A program made the translations under genes and the position numbers. The notes below the pieces were generated by a model. That model saw nothing but the letters and a program-made list of their open reading frames with translations, was not told the origin of the DNA and did no database searches. A stretch of 63,979 nt of DNA, filler included, from an uncultured Methanosarcinales archaeon (GTDB lineage: Archaea; Nanobdellota; Nanobdellia; Woesearchaeales; CAZKBD01): assembly GCA_964550945.1 (NCBI GenBank). It is 6 parts of 6 records of this genome, joined end to end, with 100 filler letters (N's around TTAATTAATTAA, not from the genome) between each part and the next. Parts side by side here need not be neighbours in the genome. Positions count along the whole stretch, not along the records: positions 12,402 to 24,570 come from CAZKBD010000056.1; positions 24,671 to 36,665 come from CAZKBD010000057.1; 4 more parts are not named here. One strand, given 5' to 3'. This document shows, piece after piece, positions 19,017 through 28,418 of the stretch (within the stretch, counting starts at the first letter, position 1; every line of letters begins with the position of its first letter).

Positions 19017-19502
19017 TCACTCTTTTTCACAAAAGAAGATTATATCTTCCTCTTCCTCAACTGTTTTGTTAACTTTAAAATGTTTCCTAATCAATTTTTT
19101 AATGATATCAAACTTTTTGCTTTTTTTCAGGACAGAAAAAGCAAACCTATTTTTTCCAACCCTTTTCATCTCCAATAATCCTTTTTCAATGTCATCAAAG
19201 TTGTGGATTGATGTGACTGAGATAACAGCATCAAAAAAGCCATCTTCAAAAGGGATTTCCTCTGCTCTGGCTTTTATTTTTCTTATTTTCTTATTTTTAA
19301 TTTGATTTAGTAATCTCTCGCTGGGGTCTAAAGCATAAACTTCGCAATTAAAATCAGAAGAAATTCCAGAGCCAGCACCGACATCTAGTAGTTTATCATT
19401 TTCATTAATTATCAGATTTTCCTTGATTATCTTCAATTTCTTCAGTTGTTCTTCCCTATGCAGCTCGTCATATCCTTCTGCAATTGAATCGTAGTAGGCC
19501 AT
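19017..19502 (-). CDS. Class I SAM-dependent methyltransferase
   Basis: LLDVGAGSG, AEEIPFEDGFFDAV. Confidence 0.9.
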   Translation of the reverse strand: MAYYDSIAEGYDELHREEQLKKLKIIKENLIINENDKLLDVGAGSGISSDFNCEVYALDPSERLLNQIKNKKIRKIKARAEEIPFEDGFFDAVISVTSIHNFDDIEKGLLEMKRVGKNRFAFSVLKKSKKFDIIKKLIRKHFKVNKTVEEEEDIIFFCEKE

Positions 19503-19580
19503 ATTGCCATAATAATCATCAGATATTTAAATATTATATTGTTAATGAGTTAACTTAAAAAATGGATTATCCTCTTTATG

Positions 19581-19661
19581 TTAATACATTAACATCTGTT
19601 TTAATTGCTCTTCCCTATGCAGCTCGTCATATCCTTCTGCAATTGAATCGTAGTAGGCCAT
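19581..19661 (-). pseudogene. Duplicated 5' end of the methyltransferase (26-codon mini-ORF)
   Basis: 19609-19662 is identical to 19450-19503 (54 bp); encodes MAYYDSIAEGYDELHREEQLKQMLMY*. Confidence 0.8.
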
Positions 19662-19664
19662 AAA

Positions 19665-19830
19665 ATGTCAGAAATTCTCCATCCAGTCTGTGACTGGTGG
19701 CAAGCTTTGCTTGCAATCAACAAGGATAATGAAAAATTTCTGAGTACTAAGAACCGCCAGCCAACAGCATAGAACATTTGGTTGCTATGCAGCGGAATCC
19801 CGCCAGTCTATGAAGGGTGGTTCTTTAGTA
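19665..19830. repeat. Modular double-hairpin palindromic element, copy 2
   Basis: ATGTCAGAAATT..AATTTCTGA-GTAC-TAAGAACCGCC..GGTGGTTCTTTAGTA with internal hairpins. Confidence 0.65.
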
Positions 19831-19854
19831 AAAGAATTAAAAATAGTATATAAA

Positions 19855-20655
19855 TTATTTCTTCTCTTTACCTGGCTTTTCTTCCTTAGCAGGCTTCTCT
19901 TCTGCCTTTGCTGCTCCTGGCGCTGCTCCTGCAGCTGGCGCTCCCTCTGCTCCTGGTGCAGCTGCTCCTGGCAATAATTCTTTGATTATCTTCTCAGGCA
20001 CTCCAGCTTCATGTAATTTTGCTTTTATTGCTCCTTTCTCCTTGCCAGCCATTGCAGCGATAATATCCTTTGCAAGCTTCTCAAATTCAGTCCTTCTCTT
20101 CTCTATCTCTTCAGCCAATCTCTTCTTCTCTTCTTCAAGTTTTCTCTTCTCTTCTTCGCTAAGCTCTGTTTTCTCTGCCTTGATCTCAGCATCAAACATT
20201 CCTTCATCCACCATCTTTTGGGCTTCTACAGCAGGCTTGCCCTCAACAAGGATTCCCATTGAATTGCATGTGCCAATAATCTCCTTTACCTTGTCTTTGA
20301 GCGTTTTGCCAAGCAAAACATCTTCCTTCATCTTGGCAACCTTAATGATCTGCTCTATAAGAACATCAGCAACTTTATCAGCTTTAGGGTTTCCAGAACC
20401 CTTCTCGATTCCAGCTTCCTTTTTCAGCAATCCAGAAGCAGGCGGTGTTCCGATTTCAATAGTATATTTCTTAGTATCCTTATCTATCAGGACTTTGACA
20501 GGCACTTGCATTCCTTTAAAGCTGGCAGTCTTTTTATTAATGTCAGCTACAACCTGCCCAATATTGACACCCATAGGGCCTAAAGCAGGGCCTAATGGTG
20601 GCGCAGCTGTAGCTTTTCCGCCTTCTACTAAAATCTCTACCTTCTCAATTGCCAT
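19855..20655 (-). CDS. rpl11: Ribosomal protein uL11 with ~100-aa C-terminal extension
   Basis: GGKATAAPPLGPALGPMGVN, KEIIGTCNSMG; extension is an E/K coil plus an A/P/G-rich tail. Confidence 0.95.
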   Translation of the reverse strand: MAIEKVEILVEGGKATAAPPLGPALGPMGVNIGQVVADINKKTASFKGMQVPVKVLIDKDTKKYTIEIGTPPASGLLKKEAGIEKGSGNPKADKVADVLIEQIIKVAKMKEDVLLGKTLKDKVKEIIGTCNSMGILVEGKPAVEAQKMVDEGMFDAEIKAEKTELSEEEKRKLEEEKKRLAEEIEKRRTEFEKLAKDIIAAMAGKEKGAIKAKLHEAGVPEKIIKELLPGAAAPGAEGAPAAGAAPGAAKAEEKPAKEEKPGKEKK

Positions 20656-20701
20656 ATCATTCAAAAATTAGCAGTTATTTATAAAGATTTCGTATAAATT
20701 T

Positions 20702-21487
20702 TTATTTAACGCTCCTCGCCTTAGTCCCATAGATAAAAACGTATCTCCATGCAAAGCCCGGCTTTCTTATCACAGCAACATTAAAACCAGCTTCACCAAA
20801 CATCTTTTTTATCTTTGTATCGTCAGAAAGCCATTCAACATTAGGCAATACATCAAAGAATTTATCATAATCGACAAAGCAGATCCTGCTTCCAATCTTA
20901 AGCCTATTGTTCATATCCCTCAAGATATTATTGACATTTTTCATATAGCCAAGCATTCCAATGCTTACAACAGTATGTATATCAGGCACATCTGGATGCA
21001 CCCTGCTGTGATGCAGCTCATCATGCAGCACAGTCACATGGCTATTCCCTCTTTTTTCCATTCTCCTCCTCATTATGTTCAGCTCCTGCTTGCTATAGTC
21101 AGTAGCATATATCTTGCCGTTTTTGCCAACCTCTTCTGCAAGATGCAATGTCAATGTTCCTACAGAAGCGCCAAACTCAAGCACAACCTTCCCTTTGACA
21201 TTGCCCAACAGATGGATGATATATTTCCTTATTTTCTTAGGCAATGCTATCTTCTCAGTCCAAAGAGTGAGATAAGCCAGTATATCATCAACAAACCTTG
21301 AAAACCTTGGATCATAGTATAAGCCAATCAAAAAATAGATGAGGATGCATAACAATAAAAAAGACAGCCCTATTAACAACATGCTTTCCGGTTTTTTTAT
21401 AGCCAATACCAGAAAAATGAAGAATATAACCAAGAATGATATGCTCATCTTGCCTAATGGCATCTTAAAATGCTTTTTCAGCCCCAT
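20702..21487 (-). CDS. Membrane-anchored SAM-dependent methyltransferase
   Basis: Two N-terminal TM; VLEFGASVGTLT. Confidence 0.75.
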   Translation of the reverse strand: MGLKKHFKMPLGKMSISFLVIFFIFLVLAIKKPESMLLIGLSFLLLCILIYFLIGLYYDPRFSRFVDDILAYLTLWTEKIALPKKIRKYIIHLLGNVKGKVVLEFGASVGTLTLHLAEEVGKNGKIYATDYSKQELNIMRRRMEKRGNSHVTVLHDELHHSRVHPDVPDIHTVVSIGMLGYMKNVNNILRDMNNRLKIGSRICFVDYDKFFDVLPNVEWLSDDTKIKKMFGEAGFNVAVIRKPGFAWRYVFIYGTKARSVK

Positions 21488-21595
21488 ACTGTATTCTTAT
21501 TTTCAGGAATATAAAAAGAATTGTGTTTATTCTGGTGTAGTGAAAGGCGTATAAAAGCCACAATGTTTATAATTTAACAGCCATTCTTCTCAGTT

Positions 21596-21973
21596 ATGGC
21601 CTTAAATGTTTTAGTTGTTGAAAGTGCACAGGTTGTTGGAAAAGCGCTCTGCGACCTTATTAAGAGAGAAGGCCACAACTCAGAATGTGTTGAAAAAGCT
21701 GAAGATGCAATCACAAGAATAGGAGCTACAAATTATGACCTTATTTTAATGGCTATTGGCCTGAATAAGGGCATTAGTGGGGTTGAAGCTACAAGACAGA
21801 TTTGTAGATTAGACACTCATCCTCCAGTATACCTGATGTCCGTGGATGGATATCCTGTAAATCACCTTATAGAACAAGGAGCTACAGGATTCATTGATAA
21901 ATTTAAGTTATCAGAAGAAGTTCCTGAATTGCTAAGAGAGTATCAAAGAAAACAAGAAAACCCCTCAAATTAG
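21596..21973 (+). CDS. Receiver-domain protein lacking the phosphoacceptor Asp (pseudo-receiver)
   Basis: CheY-like VLVVES, YDLILMAI (A in place of D), SGVEATRQI, GATGFIDK. Confidence 0.8.
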   Translation: MALNVLVVESAQVVGKALCDLIKREGHNSECVEKAEDAITRIGATNYDLILMAIGLNKGISGVEATRQICRLDTHPPVYLMSVDGYPVNHLIEQGATGFIDKFKLSEEVPELLREYQRKQENPSN

Positions 21974-22037
21974 CACTTCTTTTTAACTATTGAAACTAAA
22001 AATTTTTAAATCTACCCAACTTCTGGTTATAAACTAA

Positions 22038-22704
22038 ATGAAAACATTGTTTATAGAAACAAAATTTAAAGGAAATATCCACCTAGACAAGATTGAGCTA
22101 GATAAGTTACCAAAAAACATCGGCTTAGCTGCAACCCTCCAGTTTGCTGACAAGATTAAGGAGATCAGCAACTATTTAATAAAAAATAATAAAAAAATAT
22201 TCACAGCTAAAGGAAAACAAAAATATCCTGCGCAAATTCTTGGCTGTGACACATCATCTGCAGAAAAAATAAAGGATAATGTAGGTTGCTTCTTATACAT
22301 CGGAGATGGCCATTTTCATCCAATTGCATTAGGATTATTAGGAAAAGAGGTGTATATCTTTAATCCCTTAAATGAAAGCTTCAAAAAATTAGATGACAAA
22401 GATATAGAAACATACAAAAAAAGAAAAAAAGGCGCTTATCTAAAATTCTTAAGCTCTGAAAATATTGGCGTTTTAGTTTCCACAAAACCAGGGCAGAATT
22501 ATGATAAAAAAAAAATTAAGCCAGCTAGAAAAAAAATACAAAAATAAGAGATTCTACAAATTTGTTTTTGACACTCTGGATTACAGCCAGTTAGAAAACT
22601 TCCCTTTTATCGAATGCTGGGTCAATACAGCATGTCCAAGGATATTTGATGATTTAAGGTCAATAATTAATATCCAAGATATTTCTGCTGAAAAAGATTC
22701 ATGA
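22038..22704 (+). pseudogene. dph2: Diphthamide biosynthesis protein Dph2, frameshifted at an A10 tract
   Basis: QILGC, GDGHFH, STKPGQ in frame 1; WVNTACPRI in the shifted frame; removing one A at 22506-22515 joins them. Confidence 0.88.
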
Positions 22705-23364
22705 TAGCGAGGTATATTTCTCAACTAAATCAGCTACATTTTGCCTATAATGGGACTCTATTCCGATTAATGCCTCATTTATGCGGCTGGCCTTTGTTTT
22801 TGCCCTAGCGCATTCTGTTACCCCTATCATAATGGTTACACCGACAGCTGGAACTACATCTCTCCTAAAATTAGGGTCGGATTCTGCAAAATGGAGTATA
22901 TCTGCAAGGTAATGCGAGGCTGTTCCAGCTACAACAGCGGCTGTAAATAACTTTGCAAGATTGAGTGTCCCGTAATACCTGATTTCATCCAGAAGGGTAA
23001 GCCCAGCGCCAAAAACTGCTCCAGCTAATCCCACATATACAGAATCAGCCATCAGCCCAAGAACACCGCCAACTAAAGCATTGTTTAAAACCCTTCCAGG
23101 AGATACTGAATAAGGTTTTGAAGGGGTAACCTTTCTCTCAAAATCAGTGTGCTCTTGAAAAACCATGTATTGGCCAGAAAGCTTCTGCCATAAAACTGCA
23201 TGGTATTCAAGACAGAATTCATGTAATGCGCTATAGCTTTCGCCTTCTTTTTGAACCTCTAAACGGCTTAAAAGGGTTTCTATGTTCTCATGAAGGGGGT
23301 TGTTGTTCTCTCTCAATTCATCCATTAATCCTATAGCCCTTCTTAAGAGATTTTCTTCTAACAT
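22699..23364 (-). CDS. Hypothetical membrane protein
   Basis: 221-aa ORF with Gly-rich hydrophobic segments; GGGGG SD. Confidence 0.65.
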   Translation of the reverse strand: MLEENLLRRAIGLMDELRENNNPLHENIETLLSRLEVQKEGESYSALHEFCLEYHAVLWQKLSGQYMVFQEHTDFERKVTPSKPYSVSPGRVLNNALVGGVLGLMADSVYVGLAGAVFGAGLTLLDEIRYYGTLNLAKLFTAAVVAGTASHYLADILHFAESDPNFRRDVVPAVGVTIMIGVTECARAKTKASRINEALIGIESHYRQNVADLVEKYTSLS

Positions 23365-23428
23365 TTATCCCCCCTAAGGTTAGAAACAATAATTCAGATA
23401 TAAATCTTTTGACAAGAATTTTAGAAGG

Positions 23429-24439
23429 TCATGGGCGTTGGATGAGGTGGTCAACTTTCCTAACATCTCCTTGCTTAATAACGACAGCCACATAATCCTC
23501 GAAAGGCCCTATAACCTGCAGCATCACCTCAGAATCAGGATTTGCTGCAAAGTACCATTTTAAGGTATGCTCACTTTGCCCATCAAAATATGGATGCTCA
23601 AATAGTACTTCTTCAACAGGAAGTTCATTGAGTCTGCGTTGGTTAAGATTTACGCAATTTATACCACTGGAGTTATCAGGATTATAAAGAGCCATAATAC
23701 TAAAAAAGTCCGGACTCATTCTCCTCAGCCTATCATGAGTGCTGCTCTGGCCAGGATCATTGGACCAATACAACAAGTCAAGCTGCTCTTGTTCAGTTCC
23801 AAAATGACCTGCAAAAGGGGTTTTTAGAGCATTCGGTAAAAAAGTGATGCCTAGCTCATAAACCATATAAGAAGGTGAGTATATATCAAAACTTTTAGCA
23901 AGCTTATCATCATTTTCAGTCACTAAATCTGAATAAGAAGAAGCAGGAACATGGCCTTCAACACGAAAAAGCAAAGGTGTTTCTGAACTTTCTAAAGTGC
24001 CAACCCTTAACAGGGTGTAAGGCCTGATTAATCTGGCCAAATCATTATCTTCATGAGGGATCACATCTGTAATCTGGGTATCCTCAGGAGTTACAAGCTT
24101 TGATTCAATACCTTCCCCAGATAAATGATCACATTCAAACGGCCGTACTAAGGCAGATCCATCCTGGCGTATTCTTGCCCTTTCCTCTGCAACATTTGAA
24201 AAAAGATAAGAATACGGAACAGCACTAGAGTATCCATTCTGCCATTGATCAAGGGATGCAAGAGCTGCATTTTCCAGATTCCTAGGAAAAACCACATAAA
24301 AATTTCCTCGATCATGAGGAGTAAGAAGAAAGGTTACTGCCAAGTTTATTCCGTCTTGCCTCATTGCGCTATATTGGATTGCATACTCTGCAAGATGTAA
24401 ATCAGCATTAATATCAGCAAAAAAGTCCACGCTGAACAT
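23429..24439 (-). CDS. Hypothetical protein
   Basis: 336-aa ORF; TATA upstream; no recognisable motif. Confidence 0.65.
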   Translation of the reverse strand: MFSVDFFADINADLHLAEYAIQYSAMRQDGINLAVTFLLTPHDRGNFYVVFPRNLENAALASLDQWQNGYSSAVPYSYLFSNVAEERARIRQDGSALVRPFECDHLSGEGIESKLVTPEDTQITDVIPHEDNDLARLIRPYTLLRVGTLESSETPLLFRVEGHVPASSYSDLVTENDDKLAKSFDIYSPSYMVYELGITFLPNALKTPFAGHFGTEQEQLDLLYWSNDPGQSSTHDRLRRMSPDFFSIMALYNPDNSSGINCVNLNQRRLNELPVEEVLFEHPYFDGQSEHTLKWYFAANPDSEVMLQVIGPFEDYVAVVIKQGDVRKVDHLIQRP

Positions 24440-24545
24440 AAACTAAGGTGTTTGGAGCTGGATATATAAACATTTGGTGGCTTCATAATACAAATTGATT
24501 ATTTTAAGAAAAATTATTAAATTAGCTTATAACCCGCAGAGTATA

Positions 24546-24570
24546 ATGAAAACACCGGAACTTCTAAGCC
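24546..24570 (+). CDS. Possible 5' start of a second U32-family gene, cut by the contig end
   Basis: ATG..MKTPELLS matches the U32 N-terminus (compare MQKPELLLP). Confidence 0.4.
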
Positions 24571-24670
24571 NNNNNNNNNNNNNNNNNNNNNNNNNNNNNN
24601 NNNNNNNNNNNNNNTTAATTAATTAANNNNNNNNNNNNNNNNNNNNNNNNNNNNNNNNNNNNNNNNNNNN
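24571..24670. other. Contig linker (assembly artefact)
   Basis: N run with TTAATTAATTAA. Confidence 0.99.
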
Positions 24671-24805
24671 TATACATCAAAAATCAGGGGGTGCTTACAG
24701 AGGAGAAACGCAAAAGTTTACGTTTTTTAAGCCTTACCATCAGGAACAGAGATTATAAAAAACACAACCATTTCAGTAAGCTTTTTATGGTTTGCATCAT
24801 TTGAT

Positions 24806-26728
24806 ATGGTAATGCAAAAGCCAGAGCTGTTATTGCCTGCAGGAAATGTTGAATGCTTAAGAGCAGCTGTTGCAAATGGAGCTGATGCTGTTTATCTTGG
24901 GCTAAATAGGTTTAATGCCCGCATTTCTGCAGAGAACTTTAATGAAAAAAACCTGTTTAGCGCTATTGAATTCTGCCACAAACACAATGTGAAAGCTTAT
25001 GCAGCATTAAATACTCTTGTTAAGAACAATGAGCTTAAAGAATATTTCTCTTTGATGGATCTAGCGTACCAAGCAAAGGCTGATGCTGTAATTATTCAGG
25101 ATTCTTGCTTTATTCCTATTATCCAAAAGAATTTTCCTGGCTTGAAGATTCATCTCTCAACTCAGGCAACAGTAACAAATAAGTATTCTGTCCCAAAAGG
25201 AGTTGATAGGGTTGTTCTTGCCAGAGAGCTTTCTTATGATGAAGTAAAAGAGATGTCTAAAGAGCTTAATACAGAGGCATTTGTGCATGGGGCATTGTGT
25301 TTTTCTTACAGCGGCCAATGCATCTTTAGCTCTATGGTTGGAGGCAGAAGCGGCAATAGAGGATGTTGCGCACAGCCTTGCAGGAGAAGATATAACAATA
25401 AATATGCATTAAGCACAATGGATCTGTGCTTGCTTGAAAAGATCCCATTTCTGATTGAAGCTGGCGTTGCATCTTTCAAGATAGAAGGCAGGCTTAGGTC
25501 CCCATTATATACGGCTACTGCAGCAAGAATTTACAGAAAGTATATTGATGGGTATTTTGAGAAGAAAAAAATTGATGTTGAAGAAAAAGATATCGATGAT
25601 TTAAAGATTGCCTTTAACCGCGAATTCACGCAAGGGTTTATGTTTAATAACTCTATTGTTGACAGCAAAGCTCCTATGAACAGGGGATTGTTTATTGGAA
25701 TAATAAAACAAAAAAAATTGTTGCTAAAAAAGAAATTAAAATTGGGTGATGGGATCAGCTTATGGGAAAAGGATCATATTTCTGGTTTTACAGTAAAGAG
25801 AATAAAGAAAGAAGGAGATTATGTTAATGAAGCATCTATTGGGGATATTGTTGAGCTGGATTTGCCAAAATCAGTTGAATACGCCCAAGTGTATAAGACA
25901 TCTTCAGTTGACTTAAACATCAATCTTGGAGACGGATTAAAATTTGTGAGGTTTAACTGGAATAAAAGAGACATATCTATTCCACATTTTCCTGGATCTC
26001 CAAATTTGGATAGCCCAAAACTTTTTGTTAAGGCTTATAACAAAAAATCTGCTATTGCTGCTGACAAGGCTAAGGCTGATGTTATCTATTATGATCTGCT
26101 GAATAGCGATTGTGAAGAGGTTAAGCAATTAGTTAAGCATGCAAAGTTTTTTGTGTTTACTCCGAGGATATTATCTTCTGCCCAGGCTGAAGAATGCGCA
26201 AAAAAGATTAAAGAGATAAATCCAGAGGGAGTGCTTATTGCTAATGCTGGGGTGATATCATTCTTAAAAGGCTTGTTTGAGCTGCATTTTGATTACTCTT
26301 TGAACTGCTTTAATGATGTGAATATCTCCTGTTTCAAAGGCATGCCTATTATTTCCCCTGAGCTCAACTTTGATGAGATTATTGGATTAAAAAATAAGGG
26401 GGTTATTGCGTTTATTCATGGCGATATTGTTTTAATGACTACAAAAGAGCCCTTAAAAGCTCCTGAGCTTGTTGATGATGATGGCAGGCATTTCCGCGTA
26501 AGAAAACGGCATCATTTGTTCGAAATCCTAAATGAAAGCCAGCTTGGACTTTTTACGAAAGTTAAAGATTATAATGGTAAAGGGATTAAGTATTTTTACA
26601 TTGATCTTGAGAAGGATGTTGGCAAATTTGTTCGCATTTACCATTCAATCCTTAAAGGAAAGGACTTTGATGACAAAAAGATAAAGAAAGGATATACTCT
26701 GGGCCATTTCCAGCGCGGAGTGGAGTAG
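24806..26728 (+). CDS. Peptidase U32 family Fe-S protein (RlhA/TrhP-like RNA hydroxylase)
   Basis: PELLLPAG, GADAVYLG, HLSTQ, HGALCFSYSGQC..NRGCCAQPCR, FKIEGR. Confidence 0.92.
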   Translation: MVMQKPELLLPAGNVECLRAAVANGADAVYLGLNRFNARISAENFNEKNLFSAIEFCHKHNVKAYAALNTLVKNNELKEYFSLMDLAYQAKADAVIIQDSCFIPIIQKNFPGLKIHLSTQATVTNKYSVPKGVDRVVLARELSYDEVKEMSKELNTEAFVHGALCFSYSGQCIFSSMVGGRSGNRGCCAQPCRRRYNNKYALSTMDLCLLEKIPFLIEAGVASFKIEGRLRSPLYTATAARIYRKYIDGYFEKKKIDVEEKDIDDLKIAFNREFTQGFMFNNSIVDSKAPMNRGLFIGIIKQKKLLLKKKLKLGDGISLWEKDHISGFTVKRIKKEGDYVNEASIGDIVELDLPKSVEYAQVYKTSSVDLNINLGDGLKFVRFNWNKRDISIPHFPGSPNLDSPKLFVKAYNKKSAIAADKAKADVIYYDLLNSDCEEVKQLVKHAKFFVFTPRILSSAQAEECAKKIKEINPEGVLIANAGVISFLKGLFELHFDYSLNCFNDVNISCFKGMPIISPELNFDEIIGLKNKGVIAFIHGDIVLMTTKEPLKAPELVDDDGRHFRVRKRHHLFEILNESQLGLFTKVKDYNGKGIKYFYIDLEKDVGKFVRIYHSILKGKDFDDKKIKKGYTLGHFQRGVE

Positions 26729-26736
26729 TATTCTAG

Positions 26737-27201
26737 TTATAATCTATTAATTAATAAATATCCACTTAAAAACAGAAAAGCAAAAAATAATATATAATCA
26801 ACAATACCATTAACAGCAAAAAAGCCGCGAATTCTTTTTTTAGTAAGTGGATATAGAGGCATGATGCCTTGTTTGTTAAGCGCATCTAAGGATAAGTGAG
26901 AGCTATAGCCTAGAATAACTGCAATACCTAAAAGCAATTGATGCATTAAAACAAAAACTAAAAAAAGTGTTGCTGGAATAAATATAGAATGGATAAAATG
27001 CCTGTGCTGGAATAAGAATTTTATTAAATATCGAAGAAAGCCTAGTTCTCTGCTGATTTTTGATTTGTGATTGTCAATGTCTGGAAAAATGCTGAAGAAT
27101 AGGGCCAGCAAAATAAAAATGATAGGAGGGGTTATGGAAAAGTGGTTTATGGCAGCTAACCCCAGAAAAAATCCAAACATCAAATGTGTTTTAAACATCA
27201 T
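26737..27201 (-). CDS. YdjM-like membrane metal-dependent hydrolase
   Basis: TH, PDID, HRHFIHS, SHLSLD, G...LYP. Confidence 0.88.
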   Translation of the reverse strand: MMFKTHLMFGFFLGLAAINHFSITPPIIFILLALFFSIFPDIDNHKSKISRELGFLRYLIKFLFQHRHFIHSIFIPATLFLVFVLMHQLLLGIAVILGYSSHLSLDALNKQGIMPLYPLTKKRIRGFFAVNGIVDYILFFAFLFLSGYLLINRL

Positions 27202-27296
27202 TTTAATCAATATACCACTTATTGTTTACGGAGTATTATTCACTTACGAGAGAGCGCGGTTGGTTAATTATTTTTTTATTATTACTAACTCAAGAA

Positions 27297-28301
27297 CTAA
27301 TCATTAGTCACTTTCTGAATCTCTTCATCCAGCTTCTTAATCTCTTCATCAGGATTGGGGTTTATGTCTACGCTTTGGGTTATAAATTCCAGCCGGTCAA
27401 ACATCTCGTTTTTGTTTACCCTTCCAACCAGCTTGATGATATTCCCCAACAGCTCTGTTTTTACGTCCTCAAATTTCTCAGGATTGTCCTTATACTGCAT
27501 AATCTGGCTGGCATTTTTATTGATGACTTTTAAAGCGTGGTCGCCAAAGAAAACGGTCCTTATATTATCTGAGCCATCATCCAAAAATAGATTCAAAACA
27601 AAAGAGTATTTTGGCTCTACTTTGTTATGCTCTTCACAAAAAAATGCTCCATCCCTTAACCTTGCTCTTTTGCCGCACTCAGAGCATACCTCAAAGAAGC
27701 GAGGCTCAAAAACCCTTACAATAGTGCCCATCAGCTCTACATTGGTGTCTTTTTCGTTCAGCTCTGATATCTTTTTTCTTGAAACCTCAAACCTTATTGT
27801 TCCAACTTCTTCTCCAGGAGGATTTTGGATTATCTTGCTCCGTTCATTCATGTGTATCTCTAAAATGCCCTTATTATCCCTTACATATCCTCCAAGAATC
27901 TTGACAATCATATTTTCATTAAGGGCTCTTATAAGGTCTGCCTGGTCGCCCCATAAAACCACCCTCATAGTGCCGGTTGAATCTCCCAAAACAAAGGAAG
28001 CGACTTTGCCAGCCCTGTCCTGGGTTATGAATTCCCTGATTTCATAAAGCTTTAATATCCTGCCAACTGTCTCGACATTCCTCATCCCTGACAATATGTT
28101 TTTTATCTGCAGTTTTCCAGAAAACTTATCAAGAATCTTAATGCCTAATTCATTTGCAATTATATGGGCAGCTCCTTCTTTAGAAATCAATCCAGCAAGC
28201 TGCTTCATCTTCTGTTGAATGCGGCTGTCAATCTCTGAGTCAGTAAGGCCTGATTTTTCCTTGATTATGGCAATTAATTCTGATTGTGGAATCTTAAACA
28301 T
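27297..28301 (-). CDS. rpa: Replication protein A (OB folds plus Zn finger)
   Basis: GDSTGTMRVVLW, CSECGK..CEEH, LDDGSDNIRTVFF. Confidence 0.9.
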   Translation of the reverse strand: MFKIPQSELIAIIKEKSGLTDSEIDSRIQQKMKQLAGLISKEGAAHIIANELGIKILDKFSGKLQIKNILSGMRNVETVGRILKLYEIREFITQDRAGKVASFVLGDSTGTMRVVLWGDQADLIRALNENMIVKILGGYVRDNKGILEIHMNERSKIIQNPPGEEVGTIRFEVSRKKISELNEKDTNVELMGTIVRVFEPRFFEVCSECGKRARLRDGAFFCEEHNKVEPKYSFVLNLFLDDGSDNIRTVFFGDHALKVINKNASQIMQYKDNPEKFEDVKTELLGNIIKLVGRVNKNEMFDRLEFITQSVDINPNPDEEIKKLDEEIQKVTND

Positions 28302-28418
28302 CTAAACACCCCTGAAAATTAATTAGATAGTTTATTTATATACTTTTGTATTGTCAAGAACAACTATTCACAGAATTGTGAATGGTGCTGTCATTTGCCG
28401 CTTTAAATGGGCGTTATA

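Noticed and set aside
19982..20671. 229-aa plus-strand ORF, and similar ones such as 27355-28047 and 47017-47499
   Set aside because: Antisense shadows of well-supported genes (rpl11, rpa, giant protein).
24546..24830. U32 start at the end of one contig and a U32 gene at the start of the next
   Set aside because: Separated by a linker; physical linkage cannot be inferred.
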